Shown: positions 31,809 through 40,992, numbered from the stretch's first letter. The stretch is 64,000 nucleotides of DNA from Candidatus Bathyarchaeota archaeon (GCA_963826715.1 CAWGYA010000002.1:1-64000); one strand, 5' to 3'. Numbers and translations: made by a program. Notes: a model not told the origin generated them from the sequence alone.

Positions 31809-33908
31809 GTGAATGAGTTGAAGGAAAAAAATCGGAATATGCATGCTGGAATGGAGCACAAAATGCCTAAGGAAGACATGCAAAGGATGAAGAATGGCGG
31901 CTCAATGCACATGATGCACACTGGAATGTTCAAAAAAAGATTCTTTTTTTGTCTCCTACTTACAATTCCTGTCCTGCTTCTTTCACAAACCATTCAAACA
32001 TGGTTTAATTTTACGATTACAATACCCTATCAAACATACATTCTCCTAACATTAGCCACAATCATTTACGTCTATGGTGGTTGGCCATTCTTAAACGGCC
32101 TAACCCATGAGGTAAGAAAACTTCAGCCGGGAATGATGACCCTTATTGGCACGGCAATCTCTGTGGCTTTTTTCTTTTCAGCGGCAACCGTGTTTTTCCC
32201 TATCGGAAATGACTTCTTCTGGGAGCTCGCCACCCTAATTGACGTCATGCTTTTAGGGCACTGGATTGAAGCTAGAAGCGTTCTTGGTGCATCCCGAGCA
32301 ATTGAGGAACTTGTAAAGATAATGCCCACTTTAGCTCATGTGGTGAAGAACGGAGAAATTGTTGACGTTCCAATTTCAGAGTTGAAGGTAGGCGATGTTG
32401 TTTTGATCCGCCCGGGCGAGAAAATTCCCTCTGATGGTACAGTTGTTGAAGGGGAATCGTTTGTAAACGAATCCCTACTCACGGGTGAATCTAAACCTGT
32501 TCATAAACAGAATAAAGACATGGTCATTGGCGGAGCGGTAAACGGAGACGGCGCCTTAAGAATTAAGATCGAGCGAACCGGTGAAGAGACATACCTGTCC
32601 CAGGTTATAAGGCTGGTCAAGCAGGCTCAAGAAAGTAAGTCTCGAACGCAGGACTTAGCAAACCGGGCGGCTGCCCTTCTATTTTACATAGCAATGACAG
32701 CGGGAATACTAACTTTTTTGGTTTGGTATTCTTTAGGTAACACTCAATTTGCGCTCACACGAACGGTAACGGTCTTAGTTATAGCGTGTCCGCATGCTTT
32801 GGGATTAGCGATTCCTTTGGTTGTGGCTCTTTCAACGTCAATTACAGCAAAAAGTGGGATTCTAATCAGAGATCGAAGAGCCTTTGAAGAAATCAGAAGT
32901 GTAACTGCAGTGGTTTTTGACAAGACAGGTACCTTGACGATGGGTCAGTTTGGAGTTAGCGATGTTGTTTCATATATTTCGGAGAGTGACCTACTGAGTT
33001 TGACTGCTGCTGTAGAGCAAAACTCAGAGCACGTAATAGCAAAAGCGATTGTTGAATATGCCAAGCTGAAGGTTAAGAAAATTTCTAACGCTACAGATTT
33101 CAAAGCTATTTCTGGAAAAGGCGCTAAGGCAAAGGTTGGAGCTCATAGCGTGTACGTTGGGAGCCCAAATCTTCTAAAAGAATTAAACATTGAGGCAAAT
33201 GACGAAAAAATCGTTGAGCTTCAAGAACAGGGCAAGACCGTTGTTTTCTGCGTTGTTGATGGAAAACTTGCAGGTGCTTTCGCTCTTGCCGACAAAATTC
33301 GAGAAGAATCACGAACTGCTATTGAGGATTTGAAAGCAAAAGGAATCAAAGTCTACATGTTGACTGGTGATGCTGAAGCGGTTGCGAAAGGTGTCTCAAA
33401 GGAGCTTGGCATTGACGACTATTTTGCGCAGGTCTTGCCCGATCAGAAAGCGGAGAAAATCAAGTCGTTAAAAGATCAGGGTTACAAGGTAGCTATGGTG
33501 GGTGATGGCGTCAACGACGCTCCAGCTTTGGTAACGGCAGATGTTGGTATCGCAATTGGTGCAGGAACTGACGTGGCTATAGAGAGTGCCGATATTATTC
33601 TTGTTAAGAATGATCCTCGTGATGTCCCAAAGGTGGCTGAGCTTTCAAAGAAAACCTATTCTAAAATGGTTCAGAATTTATGGTGGGCTGCGGGTTACAA
33701 TATCTTTGCTATACCTTTGGCTGCAGGTGTTCTTGTCAATTTTGGGGTAGTTATAGATCCAGCGGTTGGAGCGATTCTTATGTCTCTTAGTACTGTTTTG
33801 GTGGCGATTAATAGTCAGACTCTTCGACGATATGAGCCGCATTCTTTGAAACCAAAAATGGAAATGCAAGCATCAGGGCAGGAAATGGGGCATATGCATC
33901 ATTCTTGA
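31809..33908 (+). CDS. copB: Copper-transporting P1B-3 ATPase
   Basis: His/Met-rich N-terminus, TGES, CPH, DKTGT, GDGVNDAP, YN, MSLST. Confidence 0.92.
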   Translation: MNELKEKNRNMHAGMEHKMPKEDMQRMKNGGSMHMMHTGMFKKRFFFCLLLTIPVLLLSQTIQTWFNFTITIPYQTYILLTLATIIYVYGGWPFLNGLTHEVRKLQPGMMTLIGTAISVAFFFSAATVFFPIGNDFFWELATLIDVMLLGHWIEARSVLGASRAIEELVKIMPTLAHVVKNGEIVDVPISELKVGDVVLIRPGEKIPSDGTVVEGESFVNESLLTGESKPVHKQNKDMVIGGAVNGDGALRIKIERTGEETYLSQVIRLVKQAQESKSRTQDLANRAAALLFYIAMTAGILTFLVWYSLGNTQFALTRTVTVLVIACPHALGLAIPLVVALSTSITAKSGILIRDRRAFEEIRSVTAVVFDKTGTLTMGQFGVSDVVSYISESDLLSLTAAVEQNSEHVIAKAIVEYAKLKVKKISNATDFKAISGKGAKAKVGAHSVYVGSPNLLKELNIEANDEKIVELQEQGKTVVFCVVDGKLAGAFALADKIREESRTAIEDLKAKGIKVYMLTGDAEAVAKGVSKELGIDDYFAQVLPDQKAEKIKSLKDQGYKVAMVGDGVNDAPALVTADVGIAIGAGTDVAIESADIILVKNDPRDVPKVAELSKKTYSKMVQNLWWAAGYNIFAIPLAAGVLVNFGVVIDPAVGAILMSLSTVLVAINSQTLRRYEPHSLKPKMEMQASGQEMGHMHHS

Positions 33909-33952
33909 AAAGATGTGGAAATTTGTATAGTTATCCATCAATTATTAATATG

Positions 33953-34705
33953 TCATTGACGTCTTCTTGATTTTCTCTTGCTCAATAGAAGGATGGCGCT
34001 AATTACTACACTGATTACTATAACAATTGCTAAGACAATCAAGATTGCGAATTGGGTGCCGAATTCTGTAGTGGTTGGAGAAGGCATTGTTGAATCGAAA
34101 ATGTTTGTTTCTATGATGCTGTATGAGTAAGTTGATGTTATAGGTGAAGGTTCGGCATCAGTGCTTGTTGTAGACGCTGCTTCTAGTAACATTCCGGAAA
34201 GCTTATCATATACATAGTTTAGTGTCGAATTGTAATTAGGCGTTGAAACTGTAACATCAAGAATGTTAACGCTTCTATCAACTCCTAAGTAGGTTTTGCT
34301 AACTGTTTGATTTATGGAGTAGGTGTTTAGCGGGGGGATTTCGTCTCCCTGCTTGAGGTTAGCGGCTATTATTGGTCCTTGTGTGCTTGGAGTTCCATTG
34401 TCAGTCCCACTTTCAAGATTCCATGTGTCTATAGTGTTGTTACCTGGAAGGGCTGTTCCGTTTTTATATTGTGAAGTTGAACGCAGCGTTACCGTGTTAG
34501 CTGACACGCTTTCTACTTGAAGATTTAGAAAATCAAACTCGCTGAAGGATTCATAGCCTGGACCGCTTCCAACAAAATTTCCATACTTTACGTATTGACC
34601 TTCTGTAACTCCAGAATTGTATTGAACTGCAAAAACTGGAAGGGCTAAGGCTCCCAAAATAAATGTAGCTATAACAAGCGCTGAGAGGAATTTAAAATTT
34701 GACAA
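33953..34705 (-). CDS. Secreted/surface protein with C-terminal TM
   Basis: Signal peptide, Thr/Ser-rich body, TM plus basic tail. Confidence 0.8.
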   Translation of the reverse strand: MSNFKFLSALVIATFILGALALPVFAVQYNSGVTEGQYVKYGNFVGSGPGYESFSEFDFLNLQVESVSANTVTLRSTSQYKNGTALPGNNTIDTWNLESGTDNGTPSTQGPIIAANLKQGDEIPPLNTYSINQTVSKTYLGVDRSVNILDVTVSTPNYNSTLNYVYDKLSGMLLEAASTTSTDAEPSPITSTYSYSIIETNIFDSTMPSPTTTEFGTQFAILIVLAIVIVISVVISAILLLSKRKSRRRQ

Positions 34706-34747
34706 ACCTATTTCTCCTATACTGTAAACTGTGTTTTAGTTAAATAA

Positions 34748-34915
34748 TTATGCGGTTCTCCTTGCTCCGCAATTTGGGCAAAATGTCGCAGTTTGGGGAA
34801 AAAGTGTTCCACAATACTTGCATGGAATCATTACAACCTCACGAATAACTTCTTTTTTATCCTGATTTGCCTCTGAGCCGCAACCACAACCGCATCCAAA
34901 ACCAAAGGGCGCCAT
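34748..34915 (-). CDS. 55-aa CGCGCG + zinc-ribbon microprotein
   Basis: MAPFGFGCGCGCGS...CKYCG...CPNCG; starts 2 bp after the ArsR stop. Confidence 0.7.
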   Translation of the reverse strand: MAPFGFGCGCGCGSEANQDKKEVIREVVMIPCKYCGTLFPQTATFCPNCGARRTA

Positions 34916-34917
34916 TC

Positions 34918-35271
34918 TCAAATCATCCTTATTTCCGAGTAGTTATTTACAATTTCCTGTTTTTGGTTTAGTTGTTCTCTGAGTACTTCTTGCATTATAT
35001 CACAGGCTTGGCTGATTTTGGGGTTTGCCACTTGGTAGTAAACAGAGGATCCTGTTTTTCTGGTTTTTACGATTTGTCTTTGTCTCATTAATGCTAAATG
35101 CTGTGAAATATTGGATTGACTTGCACCAATTATGCCAACCAGTTCACTGACTGTTTTTTCTCCATCTTTCAATATATGCAAAAGCGCTAATCTTAGAGGG
35201 TGCGCAAGTGTTTTTGAAATCTCTGCTTGTAAAATATAGATGTTCATATCAAACTCTTTTTTCGCTATCAA
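34918..35271 (-). CDS. ArsR/SmtB metalloregulator
   Basis: LAHPLRL, SQSNISQHL, VYY. Confidence 0.9.
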   Translation of the reverse strand: MIAKKEFDMNIYILQAEISKTLAHPLRLALLHILKDGEKTVSELVGIIGASQSNISQHLALMRQRQIVKTRKTGSSVYYQVANPKISQACDIMQEVLREQLNQKQEIVNNYSEIRMI

Positions 35272-35356
35272 AGTTTCTTGCCTACTTGTCTTTTAGCTCG
35301 TATTTTTTTTATTAAACAAAAAATGGAGCGGTGAAATTTTGGTTAGTTTCTTTTAG

Positions 35357-36175
35357 CTAAAGGTCAATTGATTGTATGTAGCTTCCATGCCAGGTGTGGT
35401 ACCACACTATTCCGCTGTAGCCGTTGACGCTCATCATGCCGTAGTCTTCGCCATTAAGCATTGCCATCACATGGTAGTATCCGTAGAATGGGAAAACTTC
35501 TCCAACAGTAGCTCCGGGTATGTTAGCGTTTAGCCATTGTTGTGCATCAGCTTTTGCTTGATCTGCCGAAACAGGCATCGCTACGGTTGGTGCTCCAAAG
35601 ATTCCGCCGAGAATTCCGCTACGCATCATTCCGTACTTTATGTTCCAGATCATGTTAGGACCCATCTCGGGGTAGATGCTGCCAGTGTACTTGTCAACTA
35701 AGAGTTCGAAAGCTCCAGTGTTTGTGCTTTTCTCATAAACTTGAATATAGAAGTTGGCAGAATACTCCTCAACCTCTTTTAATGCTAAGTCAGGGTTGCC
35801 AATTGAGCCAACGTAGTTCTCAGCAATGTTTTCTGCAGCGTTTATGTCAAGAGTTGTTCCAGTGTAAGTGTAGGGTGCTGTGTATCCATAGTGACCCATA
35901 ATTCCGCCAAAGCCATAGCCGTTGCCTAATCCACCCATGCAGCCGCCTCCATATTGGAAGGGGTAAACTGGCTGATAATACTGAGTAGAGAGCATTGGAT
36001 TGTAGTTATTATAGTGGCCGTTGTTGTTGTATCCGTACCCGTAGCCTCCGCCCATCATTCCACCAAATCTGCCAAATAGACCGCCCATCTGTGCTGCGGC
36101 AAAGGCTGAAGTAGTTAGAAGGGCTGCTATAATGACTGCGACACTGACAAATGTTATTATTTTCCAGGTTTTCAT
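35357..36175 (-). CDS. Secreted Gly/Met/Tyr-rich protein with PepSY-like repeats
   Basis: Signal peptide; ELLVDKYTG..PEMGPNM.WN.KYG; FYGYY, SVNGYSG.VWYHTWHG. Confidence 0.75.
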   Translation of the reverse strand: MKTWKIITFVSVAVIIAALLTTSAFAAAQMGGLFGRFGGMMGGGYGYGYNNNGHYNNYNPMLSTQYYQPVYPFQYGGGCMGGLGNGYGFGGIMGHYGYTAPYTYTGTTLDINAAENIAENYVGSIGNPDLALKEVEEYSANFYIQVYEKSTNTGAFELLVDKYTGSIYPEMGPNMIWNIKYGMMRSGILGGIFGAPTVAMPVSADQAKADAQQWLNANIPGATVGEVFPFYGYYHVMAMLNGEDYGMMSVNGYSGIVWYHTWHGSYIQSIDL

Positions 36176-36230
36176 TTTTTTACCTCATTTTTTATTATTA
36201 TGATATGCTAATGTATTGGAGTGTTAAGAT

Positions 36231-36266
36231 AGTTTGCTGAAACAGATGTGAAACAGTTTTGAAACA
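36231..36266 (-). promoter_or_regulatory. Triple TGTTTCA direct repeat, second copy
   Basis: Reverse complement tgtttca-aaac-tgtttca-catc-tgtttca-gcaaact, upstream of the 36175 start. Confidence 0.75.
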
Positions 36267-36504
36267 TGCTCTAAAGACCCTGAATAGCTGCTTTGGCTGT
36301 CTTATTCATGATCTTGAATTATGTTATAATATTCTAATATCGCACTTTTAGACGTTGTGGTGGATTATAGAAATTCTTCCTTAATTCTGAGGAAAGCAAG
36401 CATTGACTATCTATTGGCGCTGATAGTGGGGAGTTATCGAACGCTGAGCTACCCTTAAGTAACTCTTATATTCAGTTATCAATAAGTTAGTAAGAGGCTT
36501 TTTA

Positions 36505-37005
36505 GTGAACTTCAAAGATTCTGAGTTCTTGCTGGCGTTATTAATTGTCATAGTAACAGCCTTGTTTATGGTCGCTGCCTTCCTACATTGGATAAACGTA
36601 AGTTTCTTTGTTGGTCCGCTTCGTTTCAGTCATTGGCTTGCCATAATTGGAACTAGCTACATTGCCATCGATACCCCAGTATTCGTGCTCTTAAAGCGTT
36701 ATTATCCTGAAAAATATAAGGGACTTCTTAGGTACCACATATTCGGTAATCTTCTATTCTTTTCGCTAGTCTCGATTCATTTTTCGGGTCAACTAGGAAG
36801 GTCCGCATTATTCTTTCCGTCTTTGGGAACGGGTTTAGCTATTTACATTTCCATGACTTTAGAAGTGATATCAGGTTTCGCTGAGAGATTCCCATTAATA
36901 AAGCAAATTGACCATAATACTAACAAGTTTATTCACGCCAGTTTGGTTATGGTATTTTTCTTGGTGATAATTTTCCATGTTCTTATCACATTAGGCATTC
37001 TCTAA
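36505..37005 (+). CDS. His-containing membrane protein, paralog of 23396-23914
   Basis: Shared His motifs. Confidence 0.7.
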   Translation: MNFKDSEFLLALLIVIVTALFMVAAFLHWINVSFFVGPLRFSHWLAIIGTSYIAIDTPVFVLLKRYYPEKYKGLLRYHIFGNLLFFSLVSIHFSGQLGRSALFFPSLGTGLAIYISMTLEVISGFAERFPLIKQIDHNTNKFIHASLVMVFFLVIIFHVLITLGIL

Positions 37006-37182
37006 AATCGGGTAGAACTTATCTTTAATATATAACGACCATGCAAGACACGAGTGCTTGCTTGCAAGAAGGGTACCCTTTAGTGATGTATCCTGCTTCA
37101 AGAGGAGGTTCTTAGTCGGCGGCAACCCTTGTGGTTGCTCGCTTCTATCTATTTTATTCTTTAATCTTACTGTTTAATGTGC

Positions 37183-37202
37183 GGCTGGTGTGTTGGTTGT
37201 AA
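37183..37202 (+). repeat. att site (duplicate of the RNase P RNA 3' end)
   Basis: ggctggtgtgttggttgtaa, 19/20 identical to 42492-42511. Confidence 0.88.
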
Positions 37203-37284
37203 TTCCACTCCTGTGGAGATATCTCCCGCACCTCTTCCCTTTTTTCATGCTATGGCAACTTAGGGCTTCTGCTGTGCCTAAAAA

Positions 37285-38232
37285 ATGGCATCCCTTCGAG
37301 GCTTCCTCAAAGACTACCTACGACAAAACTTCTCCGTCGATGAAATTGTTGAGAAATACAAAGAATGGGTTTCCGAAAACACCTACATGATACTCTCCAA
37401 ATGGAATAATAAAAAATGGAAAAATGACGTTTTCGCTGTCAAATGCTCCAAACGTGGAAATGATATCTATCGCTGGCGAGTAAAAAGCAGATTTGTAGGT
37501 CTGAGTCATAAAGCAGAGGATTTAGTTTTTTTCAACCCTAAAGACAGAAGTAACGATAAAACTACGTGCGCCCTTTGGACTACACTAACCTATGATACTA
37601 AACTCTGCTCATACAAAGAAGCATGGGAACAAATAGGCATAGAATTTAACGCATTCATGGCTTATGTTAGACGTAATTTTGGAAAGGTTTCCTGTTGCCG
37701 AGTGTTTGAATCCTTCGAGAATGGCTATCCACATATTCATTGTATCTTGCTCTTTTCACAATACACTTTTCAAGTGTTTAGGGATGCTAAAGGTCAATTC
37801 AGAGTGCATGAGAAGGATACTATTGCTAAAGGCTGGCATAGCAACGTTGACGTAAAAGCCATGAGTTCCCTTGCTGGCGGTTTCTCATATCTCAAAAAGT
37901 ACCTGCTAAAAGGCATTGACGCTGAAAACGCTGATTCTAAAGGCTTAAAGACATTGGCTCTCTGTTGGATTTACCGAAAAAGAGCCTTTGCCGTAAGTGG
38001 AACTTTCCGTAAGGCGTTGTCCGACTTGATTACTGATTTGCATAACTCAAACAAACCCACAACACAAGTTACTCTTTTAGGCGAAATAATCCCTGAAGAA
38101 CATTTCTATTTACTCGGTTTCGCCTCAGCTCAGGAACTACAAATAGACAAAAATATTTGGTTCACTATTTTAAATAGTAAACAGTTGACTTTGCTGAATG
38201 ATTGTTTAAAGAAGACATATTATGCTAAGTGA
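37285..38232 (+). CDS. rep: Rolling-circle replication initiator (HUH endonuclease, two-Tyr type)
   Basis: Motif I WTTLTY, motif II ENGYPHIHCILL, motif III YLKKYLLK. Confidence 0.9.
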   Translation: MASLRGFLKDYLRQNFSVDEIVEKYKEWVSENTYMILSKWNNKKWKNDVFAVKCSKRGNDIYRWRVKSRFVGLSHKAEDLVFFNPKDRSNDKTTCALWTTLTYDTKLCSYKEAWEQIGIEFNAFMAYVRRNFGKVSCCRVFESFENGYPHIHCILLFSQYTFQVFRDAKGQFRVHEKDTIAKGWHSNVDVKAMSSLAGGFSYLKKYLLKGIDAENADSKGLKTLALCWIYRKRAFAVSGTFRKALSDLITDLHNSNKPTTQVTLLGEIIPEEHFYLLGFASAQELQIDKNIWFTILNSKQLTLLNDCLKKTYYAK

Positions 38233-38367
38233 AAAAAATAAAAACAAAATTTAAAAAATAAACCACTGATAGAATACATATAAGAAGCATTCAATAGATT
38301 TTTAATTCTTTATGGTCAACAGCAACAGATTCTTCAGAAACTTAAATAAATATACTTGTTGTAGACT

Positions 38368-39024
38368 ATGGTTGCAATCGATGAAGGTTATTCTATGGCT
38401 CAAGTAATTAAAGCTCAACCCATGGACATGTCCCTTAATTCAATCTGGATGTTAGATCCCGAGTATAAGGGTATCCGCCAATCTTTAGAAAGTAAAGGAT
38501 ATACATTAAAAGAAGAATCAAGAGGCATCTTGACTATAATTGCATCCAAAGGTACAGTAGAAATATTTGTGAATCTGCAAAGGCGTGTATTGGGTATTGG
38601 TAGCGAAACTTCGTCTAAAGATATGCTTGCAGCATATGACGACTTGGATCAAACCTTTACTGATATCGGTATGGAACCTTCTAATCTAATGTTTATTGAG
38701 TTTATAGGCAATTTTATAGTAGAATCCCCTGTAAGTCCAATAGAGACACTGAAAGGTCTAAAATTTGAAAATGATTTATTAATGAAAATAGGTGTAATTT
38801 TAGAAAAAGATGTTGCAAATGTCGGGATAAATCTTACTCTGAAGGAAGCTAATCCTACTGGATCCAATTGGTTGCATATGGTAATTGAACCACTATATCC
38901 AAGCCCTAATAAAAAATATCGTGTTAGAACGATATGTAGAGGCGACAAAGAAGAAGTACTAAAATTTGTTAAAAATATTGAGAAAAGACTGCCAAGAATA
39001 ATTGAAAAAATTGAGAGGAAATAA
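38368..39024 (+). CDS. Hypothetical alpha/beta protein, first gene of the cargo operon
   Basis: Intact ORF, TATA-like tract upstream, 3 bp gap to the next gene. Confidence 0.75.
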   Translation: MVAIDEGYSMAQVIKAQPMDMSLNSIWMLDPEYKGIRQSLESKGYTLKEESRGILTIIASKGTVEIFVNLQRRVLGIGSETSSKDMLAAYDDLDQTFTDIGMEPSNLMFIEFIGNFIVESPVSPIETLKGLKFENDLLMKIGVILEKDVANVGINLTLKEANPTGSNWLHMVIEPLYPSPNKKYRVRTICRGDKEEVLKFVKNIEKRLPRIIEKIERK

Positions 39025-39027
39025 ATT

Positions 39028-39585
39028 ATGGCTCTTTCTGAAGAAAGCACAGGTTTTAGTTTATACGATTGTTCATATTTAACCGAAAGAGATATCGCTT
39101 CTTCTCAGCCAGATTTTTACAAAGAGAGACAATCTTTGGAGCAAAAACCTGAAAAGCTAATAAATATTCTACAAACGCATGAACCGATTTCTGTTGTAAG
39201 TAGAGTTGAAAATTTGCTGTCAAGTGCTGCCGCAAGTGACTACCCACTTAGCCTAAATACTAAACCAATTTATGAAATTTCAGAAGATGCTAATACTTAC
39301 ATTAGTAGACAGAAAAATTTTTCTAAATATGAAAAAGAAATTACGAAAATATCTTGTTGCATATCTGAATTTTTAACCAAGGAAGGTATTTCATCAAAGA
39401 TCACAGTGAGTCTCTTTTCTGATCCTGAATATTCAAACTGGATTGAACCAAGAATCCAAATCGGGGTTAGACAGGAAACTCTACAGAAAACTTATGCCCT
39501 TTTTAATGAACTATTAGAATACTCATTTGTAGGAATATCAAAAAAAACATTAAAAAAGATCGTCGTTACTATTGATAGCCAATAA
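39028..39585 (+). CDS. Hypothetical protein, probable HEPN partner (C-terminal DPE domain)
   Basis: VSLFSDPEY...IQIGV; abuts the HEPN gene. Confidence 0.7.
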   Translation: MALSEESTGFSLYDCSYLTERDIASSQPDFYKERQSLEQKPEKLINILQTHEPISVVSRVENLLSSAAASDYPLSLNTKPIYEISEDANTYISRQKNFSKYEKEITKISCCISEFLTKEGISSKITVSLFSDPEYSNWIEPRIQIGVRQETLQKTYALFNELLEYSFVGISKKTLKKIVVTIDSQ

Positions 39586-40032
39586 GTGGTAATCATGATA
39601 GCTCCCTGCAGCTTCATGCTGTTTGCAAAGAAGCTCGTTCAGCAAACAAATGCTCCTGAAGAAGAGTATCGATCAGCAGTAAGCAGAGCATATTATTCAT
39701 TATACCATGAAACGCTTCATCATTTGGTTCAAAAATATTCATTTGATTTAATAAATAGCATTGAAAAAGCCAAAAGAAGACAATTGACTCAGCATGAAAA
39801 AACCAGACTTAGCGCGCTTGACCCCACCTTTTTGAGAAAATTTAACCTTCATCAAGCAATTTCTGACACGCTTTTTGACCTAAATTATCGGGCAGTTGCA
39901 ACAACTTTTAAGGGTTATAGAGCTCATCGAAATCAAGCCGATTATGACCTAAAACGAAATTTAACACATATTGAAGCAGATGTTATAGTAAAGAACATTG
40001 ATGTTTTTATTGGCGCCATTAAAGCGCTTTAA
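39586..40032 (+). CDS. HEPN-domain protein
   Basis: YRSAVSRAYYSLYH and HRNQADY motifs; all-helical pattern. Confidence 0.85.
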   Translation: MVIMIAPCSFMLFAKKLVQQTNAPEEEYRSAVSRAYYSLYHETLHHLVQKYSFDLINSIEKAKRRQLTQHEKTRLSALDPTFLRKFNLHQAISDTLFDLNYRAVATTFKGYRAHRNQADYDLKRNLTHIEADVIVKNIDVFIGAIKAL

Positions 40033-40139
40033 AACAAGTCAGGTATTAATAAATTAAATAAAAATTTTCCAAAAGCTGATTTAAGAAAGTCGTAAGAGAA
40101 TAAAAGTAATACGTGTAAATCATAGGAGTTTTTGGGATT

Positions 40140-40256
40140 GTGCCGAGGGAGGAGTGCGGGGGGGTACCCTTTAGGGTGGGGTCATCCGCTACGACGACCG
40201 AGGCGCTTAACGGTCGTCGTCTGGAACGTGCGAGGCGAGCGGTAGCCGCCGAGCCA
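40140..40256. other. GC-rich multi-hairpin region, candidate rolling-circle origin (sso/dso)
   Basis: Perfect 10-bp IR acgacgaccg (40191-40200) / cggtcgtcgt (40211-40220); accc-ttta-gggt; gcgg-tag-ccgc; set in AT-rich DNA. Confidence 0.6.
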
Positions 40257-40263
40257 CAAAAAA

Positions 40264-40983
40264 CTACTTTCTTACTCTTTTTCCAGTTTCCTTTCTTTTT
40301 CGATATAGCTCACGGTCACTTCTTAACGCATTGGTCAATAGCTCAATTTTCTCAAAAAGTGCTTTTTTGTAGTTATCATTGTAACGACATTTTTCACTTG
40401 CTCTTTCCAATTGAACTCTATATGTAGGTCTTACGACGTAGTTCCAAAAAGATTCGTCGTTTTCGCCATTTTTTAGCTGTAAACCGTCATTTATTGAAAG
40501 TCTCAATTCCCAAAGGTTCAATGCCATAATATCATGTAAATCTCGGTCAGTTTCAAAATCTATTTCGTCGTCAGAAAGATTGCTGTAAAACTCTTCTGTG
40601 GTTATGGGTAAAGCTCGCAATTCTGGGGGAAGGCATGCATTGTTACCAAGGTCAAGGTACTCCAGAATTTCCTCCTTTGGCATAATCATTATGCTTCTAA
40701 ACTTGTCGCTTAAAGCGTAGGTTACCTCTTGAAAGCCAGTTTCAACCCGCTTAACCAACTTCTTTTCCTCTAAATGTTTTAGGTGTTTAGACAAAACCTT
40801 ATTGGTTATCTCGGTGTCTGTCAATTTGGTAACAGCGCTTTTTAGGTAACCAAATCTAAGAATTTTATCCTCCAACAAAATTCTAAGAATGCTCTGGCAA
40901 GTATGGTCAAGAAATTCGGCTGAATCAAACAAAGACTCTCTTTCCTTCTCATCCATTGGCGTTTCATTAACCATTAGATACAC
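40264..40983 (-). CDS. Winged-helix (HxlR-like) regulator of the element
   Basis: LRFGYLK...NKVLSKHLKHLEEKKLVKR...VTYAL. Confidence 0.8.
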   Translation of the reverse strand: MYLMVNETPMDEKERESLFDSAEFLDHTCQSILRILLEDKILRFGYLKSAVTKLTDTEITNKVLSKHLKHLEEKKLVKRVETGFQEVTYALSDKFRSIMIMPKEEILEYLDLGNNACLPPELRALPITTEEFYSNLSDDEIDFETDRDLHDIMALNLWELRLSINDGLQLKNGENDESFWNYVVRPTYRVQLERASEKCRYNDNYKKALFEKIELLTNALRSDRELYRKRKETGKRVRK

Positions 40984-40992
40984 CCTGTGAAT

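Noticed and set aside
37285-38232. IS91/IS200-type HUH transposase interpretation
   Set aside because: Motif I-II-III order with YxxKY, plus a separate integrase and att repeats, fits a replication initiator better.
40140-40427. 95-aa ORF across the hairpin region
   Set aside because: It overlaps the wHTH gene antisense, and the GC-rich hairpin sequence explains the open frame.
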